In this document: piece by piece, positions 32,647 to 44,599 of the stretch
Layout: each line of letters opens with the position of its first letter
How positions within the stretch are numbered: the stretch's first letter is position 1
Assembly (NCBI GenBank): GCA_000091205.1
Contig: AP006492.2
Source of the DNA: Cyanidioschyzon merolae
Lineage: Eukaryota
Reading direction: 5' to 3' (one strand)
DNA: 64,000 bases
Made by a program: the position numbers and the translations under genes
The notes under the pieces: model-generated
Database searches by the model: none
The model's input: the letters and a program-made list of their open reading frames with translations, nothing else
Told to the model about the DNA's origin: nothing

Positions 32647-32676
32647 CTGCTGCTGCTGCTGCTGCTGCTGCTCCTG
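32647..32676. repeat. (CTG)8-9 microsatellite
   Basis: ctgctgctgctgctgctgctgctcctg seen directly. Confidence 0.9.
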
Positions 32677-32945
32677 TTTTCCAGGTCCAGAGGTAGGCGC
32701 TGCCATTGCCAGCTTGAGCCGAGACACTTTGATCTCCCTCAGTGCGATTTCTGGGTACAAACGAATGCAACGAGCATTGCAGCTTCATTATTCTACATGG
32801 CATCTGCCTAGTGAGCACGAAGCGACACGGTGCCTCATCCTGCGATATTGTGCTTGGCTTGCTCGTTGCTGCGCATCGCTGCGCCCTCATACCGTTCGAG
32901 TCATGGTCCGTACAACCCATCCGATTCGGTATGCTACGCCAGTTT

Positions 32946-34184
32946 TTAGTGAGCGTGTTCGGGCCAGGACATGCCGATAATTTGCGGAAGCTCAGGTGCT
33001 ACGGGCGCTTTCCACTCGGTTGCTGCCTTCAAGACATGCAAAGCGTCAGCCAGCGTATCGCTTTCCGATCCCTGGCATGCATTACGTCCAACTCTCGGTA
33101 AATGTGCGGACCCAGGAGGCGTTTCTGTACAGAATTGCCTGAGGACACACGAACAGATATCCCATCGGCGACACTCCGCTGGTAGTCGCTTCCGCTCCAA
33201 TTGTTCCAGCGGTGGCTCGCGCACCTTTTTCACCACACGAAGCAGGGCCAGAAGGCGAATAAGCCAATACGATGGATCGAATTCATACCAGTAAAAGCCC
33301 TGCCGAGCACTGCCCATGAAGCTGTGGTGATTATTGTGCCACCCTTCGCCGAGCGTGATCAGCGCCAGCCACAGATTGTTGCGCGCGTTACAGTCGCCAC
33401 GGAACTCGCATATAAAACGGCGGCTTCCGTATATATGCGATAAGGAGTTGATGGTGAACGTTGCGTGCCAGAGTGCCACTGTGGAAACCAGAAAACCGTA
33501 CACAAAGGCCTGGTATCCGCCGAAGAGCCAATAGCACGCAAGGGCAAGAACCGCACCCGGAACAAGGTGCCATTTCTCCAGCCATACGAGCTCCGGATAC
33601 TGCATCAGGTCGGGTACGAGCGACGCAAGCACCTCGGTGTGCGCATCGCTGAGCAAAAACCAGCCAAAGTGGCTCCACCAGAAACCTAAGTGGACGGGTG
33701 AGTGCGCATCCTCTTCGCTATCCGCGTGCTGATGGTGGTGGCGGTGCCACGACGCCCACCATAAAACGCCTTTCTGGCAGGACGATGCCCCAAGCCAGGC
33801 CAACACAAACTGGAACGGCCGTGAAGTTTTGAATGAGCGATGTGAGAAATAGCGGTGGTACCCGACCGTGATCCCCAGCATGCGCACCAGGTAGGTCGCG
33901 AGACACAGCAGGAGTGCTCGGCTCTGAACACCAAATCCTATCTGAACCACGCCTTTCAGGGCGAAGACGTGCACAAGCGCGAAAGCCCAGAGCGCTGGTG
34001 AGGACGCAAGACGGCCGATGGAGCAGGGGCTTCGATTTCGGACCGCACGCATCCGGTGCTGCGCAAGAGCGTCTGCTGCTGTCGCTGCTCGAGGCGGTTC
34101 GACACGAGCCGACTCGTTTCCATCAGATCGTTGTTCAGCGCCCAGCAGAGAACAGTTGATCGTGCCGTCTCTAGCATCAATCAT
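32946..34184 (-). CDS. Delta-9 fatty-acid desaturase (stearoyl/acyl-lipid desaturase family), 412 aa, with a C-terminal extension
   Basis: Three His boxes in the order typical of delta-9 desaturases: HRYFSH, WHRHHHQH and WHNNHHSF. Several hydrophobic segments between them. ATG at 34182-34184. Confidence 0.85.
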   Translation of the reverse strand: MIDARDGTINCSLLGAEQRSDGNESARVEPPRAATAADALAQHRMRAVRNRSPCSIGRLASSPALWAFALVHVFALKGVVQIGFGVQSRALLLCLATYLVRMLGITVGYHRYFSHRSFKTSRPFQFVLAWLGASSCQKGVLWWASWHRHHHQHADSEEDAHSPVHLGFWWSHFGWFLLSDAHTEVLASLVPDLMQYPELVWLEKWHLVPGAVLALACYWLFGGYQAFVYGFLVSTVALWHATFTINSLSHIYGSRRFICEFRGDCNARNNLWLALITLGEGWHNNHHSFMGSARQGFYWYEFDPSYWLIRLLALLRVVKKVREPPLEQLERKRLPAECRRWDICSCVLRQFCTETPPGSAHLPRVGRNACQGSESDTLADALHVLKAATEWKAPVAPELPQIIGMSWPEHAH

Positions 34185-35203
34185 CTCCAGCGTCTTCTAC
34201 TAAACGACCTACTTGTTCGTGCTCACGCTGAAAAGCGCAGAGCCAGTACCCCACCACGAGCTGGAGGCGTTACTGGCGAAAATCGATTCGAGCGGATCGT
34301 TGCAGCGTCCATCGATTTCGCGCATGGCGATTCACAGGAAATCCTCCGCTGGGGTCAATGCGCCTGGGATGCGGCATTCCGGGATGCCGCGGTGATGCGG
34401 TGATCGGGCGCCGTAGACGGCTTGTGGATACTCAATGGCACGCATCTATGGTAAGTACAGAAAAGGTAATAATAGGTAATTATCGACCTAAACGTACAGT
34501 CGCTCTGTCATCATGGATCGATGCGTGCATGCTTGGTGATCCCGTAGCTCTGAACGCACGCGACAGAGCTACGGGATTTTAGGGCATTGGCGTCTTAGCG
34601 CCGCGCTACGTCTACCTAAACGACCTAACAGTCCACTTCATGTTGAAAACAAATAAATTTGGGGTGCTTGGGAGTTGAGGCGGCTCGTCGACGCAGGCCG
34701 CGCGAACGTCCCAAACACGCTTGTTTGGAACGGGTCTCTATCCGAGTAGAGTTGCGTGCCCCAGGGTACGCCCGAGTTCGCTGAACAGGCGTACCGTAAT
34801 GCGAACACGCTTCTAGTCTGCCAGGGCTGGGATACCAGCGGGCGCTTCAGCTCCGTCCGGCTGGAACAGCGAGCGTCTCGTGACTCGCATCGACGCCGGC
34901 GTTGTCCGCGCCAGCACCCGCGTAGACAGCCACGTCGAAGCTGCAACTGAAAGTGGTGTCTCTGTCCGTTACGCCTATGCGCAGGGCGAAGCCTGAATAT
35001 ACGAAGAACCACCCGAAACTTGACGAGAGTCACAAGAAGCTCAAGACGAGAGCATCATACCCTCTCCGTCGAGCTGCTCCTGGTGGTGAAACCGCGGTCC
35101 ATGCGAACGTCACAAACCAAGCATCAGCTCCAAATGGATGCAGTTTATCTAGTAAACTTCGAGATACTGTTCCCAACTCGTACAAGTCGTAACGAGCCCG
35201 TCA

Positions 35204-37726
35204 CTAGTAGGAGACATCCACGAGGCCGATGTGCCAGTAACCGTCGCGACTGAGGCGCCAGTTCGGAAACCCGCCACCACTTCCCCCGGGAGCACGATCC
35301 AGTATCCAGCCACATTCCATGCGCAAAGCGCCGAGCACACGCAACCCTAGTCCGACACTGATAACGCCGGACGCTGTGCTAGACCGCTGAATGGAGCCGG
35401 CGCTAGCTGGGGCATCAACGCCCGAGCTGGTGCTCTCAGCTGAGGCCGAATCCACAACGGTGCCGAGGCGGTGTCCGTGAGCGCCTCGACGGAACAACTT
35501 TGGAAAACGCACGAGATGCGAAGGTGGCTGAATCTCGGATCCCCAGTCCGTGAACGCCACAAACACGAGGCGCTTGTCGAGCGGGTATCGAAACTCTGCG
35601 CAGGTTCTCGCAAACGAGCCTACCTGTCCGAGTGATCCCTCACGCATCCCGCGAACGGTGGCTAATCCTCCGAAGGGATAACGCTCGGACTCGGGCAACG
35701 ATGCACTCGAAACACGTGCTTCAGCCAACAAAGCAACGCAGGCGCGGGCAGGCTGCTCTTCGTCTTGTTCTTGATTCTGGTGTGATGTTTCGGGTTGCTC
35801 GGTTTGTTTCCGACGACGACGCCGCAGGAGACCGCGAATAGGTGGTATTTTCTTGTACACACTGCCGGTGAAGCCAAAACGCGAATATTCTGGATTACTC
35901 GTTGTCACTGGAACCGCGTAGGCCGCATGCAGTGCAAGACGGTAGCCAGCTTGCGGATGGAGCGGATCCGATCGGGTATCACGGATAGCGCTGCTGTTCA
36001 GAACCAGGTGCGTGAAAGAGCGCTCTCGTGCGGTGGACGCTTCAGTCGTCGATTCATCGCGATTCCGTCTCGCTGACGCACCGTCTGCGGAAGCAGGAAG
36101 CGATGAGGACGCTGTCTGACCCGGATTCATTCCCGATGGAAACATTCGAACTTGCTCGCAGAGTACCCCTGTCTGGATATTCCATAGCTGCAGGGTCCGC
36201 TCCATGACGCTTCGCCAGGCAGCTGGTCGCAGCCAGGTTCGCGACGAGCGCCGAGCCTCATCTGTGGGTGCCGACCACAGCTGGGGCGCCATCAACGTAA
36301 CCTCTACCCCGCGACGACTTCCTACCGCCGTACTTCGTGATTCGAAGAGACGCACCTGGTAGCCGCCGGCCTTGGAACCTAGACGTGGATTCTGTAAGAC
36401 GATATGGGCTGCGTCATCGGATCGATCAGGCTTGGATCGGATATCTGCTTGAAAGCGAATCCCTCGGCCAGCGACATTTGCATCCTCCAAGGTTAGGTCT
36501 CCATAGAGCTTACCGCGGGAAAGCGTTATGCCGGGTTCGAAACGATGGAAAGGTCGTTCTCGCACGCGCAAGGTCAGTTCAACGTCACCTATTTCCGCAC
36601 AGCGTTCTGCTTGTGCGACTTGGCCTTCTGCTGCTGGCGAGTCGTGTGGCGTCACGGCGTCAATGACACGTACATCCGCTGTCACGGACTCGAACAGGCC
36701 CAACTGCTGCAGCCGCTGAAAGTGTTGTTCTGTCCAGCGGAACGGGACTTTGCGTGGACATGCCTTTTGCGCCGAACGCGACTTGCGCGAATGTCTCTGG
36801 TGGTCTGGCATTTCCTTCTCAACACCGAGTCCGTCATAGCCCAGGGCCCGGGCAATGACGCTGGCATGCGTCCGACCTGAGCACGGCTCCTGGTTGGCAT
36901 CCACGTATTCCACGAGGACTCTAGCGACGAGCGGCTCGTACGCCTCGAGGACCAGGATACCATCCTTGATAGGCGTATCGGGTGCTCTTCGTACAAGCGC
37001 AAGCGGGTATCCATGCTCGCCATAAAAAGCGTTCAAACTGTCGATTGAACGGCGAATGGCGGTGTAGTCAATGGACGCGTCAGCATTCTGATTAGCCTGA
37101 AGGATTCGATTCACCGCCTGCTCTAGGCGGTCACGTGGTAGCAGCAGACGATCAACGGGTCCACGGAGCACAACCTGGCGAAGTGGGCCTTTCGTCTGAT
37201 CGTTCGGATGTTCCGCGTAGATTTCGGCGGCTTCTTCTTCTGTAGCTGCAGTTGGGACGCTAAGCGCGAGAGCAGTCGGAGCACGCAGCCACACCTGTAC
37301 GGTGTGCCAGCATAGCGTCAGCCACAGCAGAAAACTTCCCCGATTGGGCAAGTCAGGAAAGCCACCAGCCACACCGTCGACGTAGGAGTTGCCTCCTCGG
37401 CCGCCACCGCCACGGAGAGTGCGGTCACCGATCGAACCGCACCAGGACCGTTTCACTCCAGGCTTGGTGGTGTTTCGGTGTCGCTTTCGACGAGAGCGTG
37501 CCATCGAGTCGAGCATTTGACTTTGCCACGAGCAGGTCAAAGGTTCTCCACGCTTCGATAACCACGTGGTGCTGCGGTGCCAGCGCTGCCCGGTACGATC
37601 CGCAGGAAACTGTTTCCTTGGTGCGTTCCGTCTTCGCTCGCGTGATGCAATAGATCGCGTACAGATTTTGAGAGCGTGAGCCCCTACACGAAGCGGATCA
37701 CCCGCCAGGAACCCCAGAACACACAT
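35204..37726 (-). CDS. Omp85-family outer-membrane beta-barrel protein (Toc75/OEP80/Sam50-like), about 841 aa
   Basis: POTRA-like segment IDYTAIRRSIDSLNAFYGEHGYPLALV...DGILVLEAYEPLVARVLVEY. This is followed by an alternating-hydrophobic barrel onset GDVELTLRVRERPF...GITLSRGKLYGDLTLEDANVAGRGIRFQADIRS. The size fits Toc75. ATG at 37724-37726; the track start at 37747 is GTG. Confidence 0.55.
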   Translation of the reverse strand: MCVLGFLAGDPLRVGAHALKICTRSIASRERRRNAPRKQFPADRTGQRWHRSTTWLSKRGEPLTCSWQSQMLDSMARSRRKRHRNTTKPGVKRSWCGSIGDRTLRGGGGRGGNSYVDGVAGGFPDLPNRGSFLLWLTLCWHTVQVWLRAPTALALSVPTAATEEEAAEIYAEHPNDQTKGPLRQVVLRGPVDRLLLPRDRLEQAVNRILQANQNADASIDYTAIRRSIDSLNAFYGEHGYPLALVRRAPDTPIKDGILVLEAYEPLVARVLVEYVDANQEPCSGRTHASVIARALGYDGLGVEKEMPDHQRHSRKSRSAQKACPRKVPFRWTEQHFQRLQQLGLFESVTADVRVIDAVTPHDSPAAEGQVAQAERCAEIGDVELTLRVRERPFHRFEPGITLSRGKLYGDLTLEDANVAGRGIRFQADIRSKPDRSDDAAHIVLQNPRLGSKAGGYQVRLFESRSTAVGSRRGVEVTLMAPQLWSAPTDEARRSSRTWLRPAAWRSVMERTLQLWNIQTGVLCEQVRMFPSGMNPGQTASSSLPASADGASARRNRDESTTEASTARERSFTHLVLNSSAIRDTRSDPLHPQAGYRLALHAAYAVPVTTSNPEYSRFGFTGSVYKKIPPIRGLLRRRRRKQTEQPETSHQNQEQDEEQPARACVALLAEARVSSASLPESERYPFGGLATVRGMREGSLGQVGSFARTCAEFRYPLDKRLVFVAFTDWGSEIQPPSHLVRFPKLFRRGAHGHRLGTVVDSASAESTSSGVDAPASAGSIQRSSTASGVISVGLGLRVLGALRMECGWILDRAPGGSGGGFPNWRLSRDGYWHIGLVDVSY

Positions 37727-38949
37727 AGCCCTACGACCCAGTCGCACGAGAACAACACATATCCTCAGCGATACAATGCTTCAGGGCGCGTGCGGCGCCT
37801 TGGCTGGCACAGCTGCTCGGTGTACTTGTCCTCTGAGACTGGTGAGACGTGCTGTTCCTCGACGTCGTTGGCGGTACGGGTCTCATGTTTGGGCTTTTCG
37901 TATAGCTTAGGGGAATTTCATGCGTATTGAGGGATTGAATAGTCCATTTTGCATAGAAGAGTGATCGGAAATCATCCCAAAAATGTCCAGGGTCATGTAG
38001 AGTAGCGGATCGTCGTGATCGTTCACCAAGGGTGCAGGAGAAACTTTCAAGCCATTTCTATACGGTGCTTCAGACGTTCTGGATTGATGGATCGTACCAT
38101 ACGATTGCCTTGATCCAGATGGGAATGCGAGACCGCCTCTCTTCTGGTCGCTGATATTGTTTCATCGAAAGTCTTCAGCGTTTCAGGACGAAGCGAATAC
38201 TGAAATTCAACGATTTCCTGGAGCGTTCTCTCGATGCAAAGGCGATGCAAGTTTCCACGGCGCGATACATAACCCGGATGTCGATTGACGCTTTGATTTC
38301 CTGGTTCGGAAAGCGGTTACCCGCATTATGGCTGCTGGGATCATTCCACAAAGTGCTTCTCAATATCGAGTGCCTTTCCATATGACGATCGGTTAGCGTA
38401 CCATGCAATATCGCGTGCTTCCGATGCTGTCTCATGCGCTGCTGCTCTACAAGCTTCAACTCGTACGAGTGCTCGTGATGCTAATATGTTGTCCTGAACG
38501 TATCGAATAACATCGATTCCAGCATTCGTTGTACGCTCTTTTCGAAAGAGCAGCAGTGCAGCTCCTGTCGGCTATAGCACTGTTTGCGCTATAACCTGCT
38601 TCGAAACGAGCCGACCTATCGGTCGTTTCCTTTTCCAACTCATTGAGACAGTTGGTGAAGGCGAGTTTCTTGCCTTTGTATTCCCGAAATTGTTGCTGAC
38701 TGCCCAGCGCGTTCTCATGTACTCTCTGAGAGAAGCATTCAAAGCATCAGACTCTGCTCAATACGGCGCTCAGGGTGTCGAGACGGGCTCTGACGCTGTC
38801 GTTCCACTAGTTGGTGTGCCCCGTGGCCTTTATCATGCTCGAATCCGGACAAAACAGCGCTCTCGAAAAACACAGGTCACATTGCATCCTGTGTCCCGAA
38901 AATCATTTATGTTGTCGCATGGGGTTTTTATCGAAAAGTTCCAGACGTT

Positions 38950-40150
38950 TGTGGACAGCTGATAGACCAGGGTCCGCAAATATTGCGAATCGTTGCATGT
39001 CGAGGTGCATCAAGGTGCGAGAAACCCGGTGAGACTTTCTCGAGTTCGAAGCTCTGCGACCTCTCAAGGCGTGCTAAATCTTTTTGCTGTCACAAATGCG
39101 AACGACTAGCCTATGGACACGGTAGCGTCACACTTGCGTTTGCCAACAGAGATGACGCTTTCGACTGGATTCAGCCAGAGAGAATAACTCGGCAAGAAGA
39201 GCAGCGCAACGCCATTCGCAGTTGCGTGCTCCTCGACCGCTGCCGAGTGATGGACAACGACGTTGTCTAACACCAGGACAGAAGCGTGCAGGATGGAGAC
39301 GCCATAAAGTGCTTCGACGAAGGATGAGGTGTTGAAGGACTCTGTCTGATCGGCGATTTCCAAGCGACCGAACGACTGAATCACTGCTCGGAGTGGTGTG
39401 TTCCGAGCGGTCGTTCGTCTCCTCTTGACGAATCGCCATATACCCACTTTAAGTAATATAATGCAGGTCTACCATTGCTCCAGAATAAAGTCTCATCGAG
39501 CGAGACGAGCACCGCTGTTGTACGCGCTTGCGTTTCAGTACCAAATGAAAAATGTGTTGTTCTATGCGCGAAAGGCTCACACAGAACTCGTCATTTTTCT
39601 CTGTGTATTCCGTGTCTAATCATCCTTGCTGGCGTTGACGGTATGGTAATCTCAAATCTTGTGGCCTCTTTGATGGGATATCTTGCAGAATTCACAGAAT
39701 GGAATCAATCGACGAGAAGAGATTCCCCCCGACAGAGATTCATAAGATTTGTTCTGTTTGTACGACATTAAGGATGAGGACCACAAGAACGGCTGTTTAT
39801 ACACCAGCTAATCATAAAATAACAGACTCGTCCAATTCATTTTCTGAAGCTGGCGATGAAGGCTTCAAGTTCTTTCGCGGGCATGTACCAATCTTCCAGC
39901 TGCGTTCTGTCTGTTGAATACCTGCAAGAACAACGAACAAGAATAAAAACACGATGCTGGAATAAGTATTCTAGAATGCACAGCTCCAAGTTCGACGCCC
40001 AGAAAAACAAAACTTTTGCGTGCAGATAGCTCGGTTTCACACGCTGCACGCTGCGTCCGGGCCCCGGAACAGAGCAGCTTGTCGTGTTGTGCACAGCAGT
40101 TGCGGTATGGGTTGCTGGATGTTGAACTCTGCGGCTGGAGCGCACGACCG
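38950..40150 (-). mobile_element. Composite repeat copy 5: best-preserved IS630/Tc1-type DDE core plus a truncated RuvC-III-like tail
   Basis: ORF 39106..39447 reads ...SILHASVLVLDNVVVHHSAAVEEHATANGVALLFLPSYSLWLNPVESV. This matches the IS630/Tc1 (DDE_3) consensus vlvlDNasiH ... llfLPpYSPdLNPIE almost position for position. A D1-like ENELDESVIL lies near 39.80 kb. Tail remnant RHATIRNICGPW near 38.98 kb, compared with copy B DAAIHTRRCAVLKTGPW. Confidence 0.5.
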
Positions 40151-40699
40151 CGGGACGTTAGCCTCTGCGATGCTGCGTCTAGACCCAGAGCGCGGGCATT
40201 GCTTGACAAGTGCGAGGCGGTGGGACCACGAACTGGAAAAATTCTCGAATACTGCTGTGCGGTAGCGTGTGTGGACGCGCAGGCCAGGAGGTTCTTCTCG
40301 ACCGGCGGCCAGCGCGTCGACGCTTATCGCAGCACCGAGCCCGAATGACGAGATGAATCCCTGTTCTCGTTGACACTCGGAGCTCTCGGTCGGCAAGGTT
40401 GTTTACCGTTGAGCTAGAGCAGCGCAGAAGCGTCTCTCGGGATGACGCCCTGTTTGCAGCACGGCTGCCAGGAACGTAATGGCGGGATACTTTACACCGT
40501 ATCCGGGTGTCACCTAGGTCAACGGATGACGGTATCAGCGGCGATCGTATCGCAAGGCGAAAACTCAGTAGCCTCTACAGCGATATTCTCAGTGAAACAG
40601 AAAATGACCCACGGCCACGGAGTATGAGTATTTATACCCACCTGCAGACGTCTCCCAGTCTTTGTCGACCGGCCGCCTGCCATCGGCTTCAGTTTCTCT

Positions 40700-41650
40700 T
40701 TGTACACTTCGAACATGGGAGGCTATCCCAGGAATTTGAATGGTGTCAGCTCCCAGGGTCCCGTCTTCAGCACCGCACATCGTCTGGTATGGATGGCGGC
40801 ATCCAAGTCTCGATTCACGAAGTCCATGCGTCTACTGACATTGGTGGAGCTCATCAGTGCAAAGAGTCCACGAACTCGGGCCCTCTGTGCCATTTGGTGC
40901 AGTGCCAGCTCTCCGTGTTTTTCTCTTGCCGAAGCGCTCGGCTGCGCTCTCTCCATCTCGACCTTCTGTAATGGACACCCCAGCGCATCCATTAGATTCC
41001 CTACTTTTGAAAATGAATGCACTTGTTTATGCGCTTAGATGAGGAACCTCCCAGAGCGAGACGGCCTCGTACAAGAGAGGCGACATGTGCCTGGGTGTCA
41101 TCATGTGCTGAACGCTTCAGCGATTCGCTCAGTGCAGCGATCACTACTTTTCAGGATACAAAAATACTCCTTCGGCATGCTTGAACCACGAAGAGAAAGG
41201 AGGAATGAAAAGCATCTTTACCCCCATGGCATTTGCAAAGGCTCGAACGCGAGTAGAATGGTGGACTGCCACGTTGTCGAACACAGGAACGTCGCCAAGC
41301 GTCAGGGAAAGGTCTTCGATGATTCGACCGAGTGCTTGGTGCTGTTATATGAGCCTTCTCTACGAGCGAAGCTGAGGGCGCCGAATGAATCCAATGCACT
41401 TAGAACAGATGATGATATCATCGTTCTCTTCGGCTTCGATTTTACATACTACGTGCTCCCTGTTCCCCGAATACCCAAATACGCTCCGACCGTTTCGTCC
41501 GAGGCGATTCTGAATATCTGAAAAAAAGACGGACATGCCTAAGTTTTATAACGATCGCAAAGATCCAGAAATGCTGTAAGAGTTGCGATTTCGGTGGCAG
41601 ATGTATATGCTTGGACTAGGACTTTTTATTGCGACTGAATCGCAGTGTTT
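40700..41650 (-). mobile_element. Composite repeat copy B (inverted paralogue of copy A)
   Basis: D2 DVPVFDNVAVHHSTRVRAFANA (minus strand, about 41.27-41.20). Zinc-ribbon/tail ORF 40723..41022 reads MDALGCPLQKVEMERAQPSAS...ARVRGLFALMSSTNVSRRMDFVNRDLDAAIHTRRCAVLKTGPWEL. Manual alignment against copy C gives roughly three quarters nucleotide identity over about 170 nt. Confidence 0.55.
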
Positions 41651-42593
41651 TCAGCACTTTGCCAATAAGCTGTTGAGTGACAGAGACACACCTAGTTGCT
41701 ACTATCGTAGCTTTTGCTTTCTCTAAAGTGATCAATGGATCGTTTTCTACCATTGCCCGCAAACAAGCTTTGAGAATATCGGTTTCTGGCGCGGAGCGCC
41801 TCTACTCGTTTCTTTCAGTCTTCCTCAATCATCTGAGCATTGTACCATGTCTGGCCTTACTGAGGAATGCAGTCCTCGTTGCGCTGTTCAGTAAAGTATA
41901 TATATCCTCCAGGCAATTCGTCATCTATCTACACGGCACATTGCGTATTTTCTTCGATCTGCAGTTACTCTCCGCATCGGGGGTAAACCGAAAATCGAGA
42001 TGAAACGCAATCAGGGCGTGCATCGGCAGTCCATGGAAGTATTCCTGCAGTGCTCATCATAGAGTGCTGTCAGGAACCGTTTCCAGATCGCCTGGACAAC
42101 TTCAAAGCATCCCATAACTTGAAATGGTCATGCAGGTAGACGCTCTTGTGGTATCGTGCTTCCTTTCAAGTACGATCCCAGCGTAAGGGTCCCCAGACAC
42201 GAGCGCGACATGAAACGCGATCAATTCTGCCCCAAGTTTTGAAACCTAAAACCCGTGCATACCGAGTCCATGCCTCGTGTGTTGTGAAACACGAGTCCCT
42301 GAATGCTGAGCGTCGTTTCTGGACCCGCTGGCATGCCGGCTGGCGAACGACGCAACAAGGTACTCGACGGCGTCTTGGAGCCAGTGAAAAGGACACAGCG
42401 ACTTGCACGCGAAACCGGCATCGATTGAGGCCAGATACAGCTATCTTGGGGGTGGCAGGGTGTCGGTCCTCGTCACGCAACCGGCGTCGAGAGTCCAACA
42501 ATAAACGCTTTAGCGGAGACTGAAACTGTGCCCTCGGGGAGTTGTTTGTACCCAATCGGTTGGAACTCGAAAAACCAGGCGGTTGGTTTGATC

Positions 42594-43511
42594 ATGCAGC
42601 GCGTGCGCCTGCTCTGGCCGCTCGTTCGGCGAGTTCATCAACGAGAGGCCCAGCTCGCCTCGTTACGAGCTCTGCACCGAATGCAGCCTGAGGCCTTACG
42701 TCAGGTGCGGTCCCTAACCTCGCTGGGCCAGCTTGGACACCAAAAGATGAAAGGTTCCGCTCGCAGGGACTCGATAGCGGGACTCTGGAAAGGTCCACTC
42801 CGGAGTGTGCTGCAGCGGCGGACGCTTTTCATTCAAACCGCTGCTACCCCGAACCCAAACTCTGTAAAGTTTTTACCTGGATCCGTTGTGATAGAAAACG
42901 AGGGGACCTATGACTTTCCCACGCCGCAAGCAGCGAGAGCCTCACCCCTTGCGGATAAACTCTTCCAAATTGACGGCGTCGTGGGGGTCATGTTTGGACC
43001 GGACTTTATCACGGTCACGAAGCGTGAGGACATTGAATGGAACGTTCTCAGACCCGAGATCTTCTCGGTCATTATGGATTTCTACATGTCTGGACAGCCG
43101 CTGTTCATGGATGCCTCAACGGGAAGCGCGGACGCGCCGGGTCTCAACGAGGATACACGGATCCTTGACGCGGATCCTGAACATGTAGCCATGATCAAAG
43201 AACTCATCGAGACGAGAATTCGACCTGCAGTCGCTGAAGATGGTGGTAGCGTTTTGTACCGCGGCTTTGAGGAAGCAACGGGTACCGTCCTCCTCGAGCT
43301 ACAGGGAGCATGCTCGAGCTGTGCCAGCAGCAGCGTGACACTGAAAAATGGAGTCGAAAACATGCTTCGGCACTACGTGCCTGAAGTGAAAGCCGTACGA
43401 GAAGTGAAGAATGCGGAACGCGAAATGATGGAGGCCGAAAGCAATCGAATGCTCCACGAACTGGAGCGTCGGTTTGCCCAGCAGCATGATGCGACGCCCG
43501 CCAAACGCTGA
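42594..43511 (+). CDS. NFU1: NFU1-type iron-sulfur cluster scaffold protein (Nfu_N plus NifU C-terminal domain) with a mitochondrial-type presequence
   Basis: LFIQTAATPNPNSVKFLPG, compared with human MFIQTQDTPNPNSLKFIPG. C-terminal GACSSCASSSVTLKNGVENMLRHYVPEV with the CxxC motif. ATG at 42594; the track start at 42528 is GTG. Confidence 0.85.
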   Translation: MQRVRLLWPLVRRVHQREAQLASLRALHRMQPEALRQVRSLTSLGQLGHQKMKGSARRDSIAGLWKGPLRSVLQRRTLFIQTAATPNPNSVKFLPGSVVIENEGTYDFPTPQAARASPLADKLFQIDGVVGVMFGPDFITVTKREDIEWNVLRPEIFSVIMDFYMSGQPLFMDASTGSADAPGLNEDTRILDADPEHVAMIKELIETRIRPAVAEDGGSVLYRGFEEATGTVLLELQGACSSCASSSVTLKNGVENMLRHYVPEVKAVREVKNAEREMMEAESNRMLHELERRFAQQHDATPAKR

Positions 43512-44599
43512 TCGATTTCCGCGCTTTGACTGCACCTGTGCCGCGTCTGTCGAAGCAGTGTGGCGTTTGCGAGGCAAAAACACCGGTTGCATAGCTGTAG
43601 ATGGGGCAGGCTGGAATCGAGCGTACTTGCATGCATCGTGATGATGACGTCTTGGCGTGCGCTCTCTGCTGGCACCAGGACTTGCTCGGATGGATTACCG
43701 CTTCGTCTGCGATGTTGGAGAGCGTTGCGGCCGTCTGTAGGATACCGTTGTATGGGATGCAAACTGCTGCACTGCTCAGGTAGCGGTTTTGGCGAACGCG
43801 GTCTGGAAATTGTTCGCGCCAGGTCACCGCTGAACGCGAGATCGTGTGGCGAGCGCGCTTCTCAACGCATGCTGCTTTGTACCGCATCAAACGTTCCTGT
43901 ACACTTTTTAGCACAGAGATATTCTTTCTCTATTTCCGTCTCAGTCTGTGATGTGTTTTCGTGGATATCATGCGGGCGCCTCGTAACCGCAATGGAACGA
44001 TTCGCGACATCTTTTGGAAGCGAGCGCACCGTTGGACTGCAGTTCTGCAGTGGTGACACGTTTCCTAGCATTGGACAGAGCGCTCGGATACGGATAGCAG
44101 GCCACTGGGAATGGTGCTCGCGGACTGATTTTTTGTCTGGATCCAGAACGTGAACCCAAAGGCGTCACATCTGCGTCCGCGTACCTGTTCGTGCTGGCTT
44201 TGATAGTGACGGCATGCAGAACAGCACGAGCACCTCGGTGTCTTCGAATGGTACGAGGATGTATCGAACCGCGCCCAAGACGACGTGAGTGGTATGCGCC
44301 GACGAGAGCAGCATCGAGTGGACGCCGCTCGACATATCGCGTTCGTGTACTCCCCACGAAGGTGCGCGTGTGGTACGCGTTCATCATGGGAACCAGCACC
44401 TCATCGGGAAGGTCTACGAAGGAATCATTTGGAAAACGAGGGTGCTTTCTCATTTGTGTATTACCTGTAATGGCATTTTGCGATGACGCCCGCCCTGCGG
44501 CGACTCGAGATGCTCGTCTGTGCGCGTCTTCTATGAAAGCCCATTTCAGAATAGAATAGGACGGGTCCACTTATGCAACTGGGGTTTGCATACAAAAAA

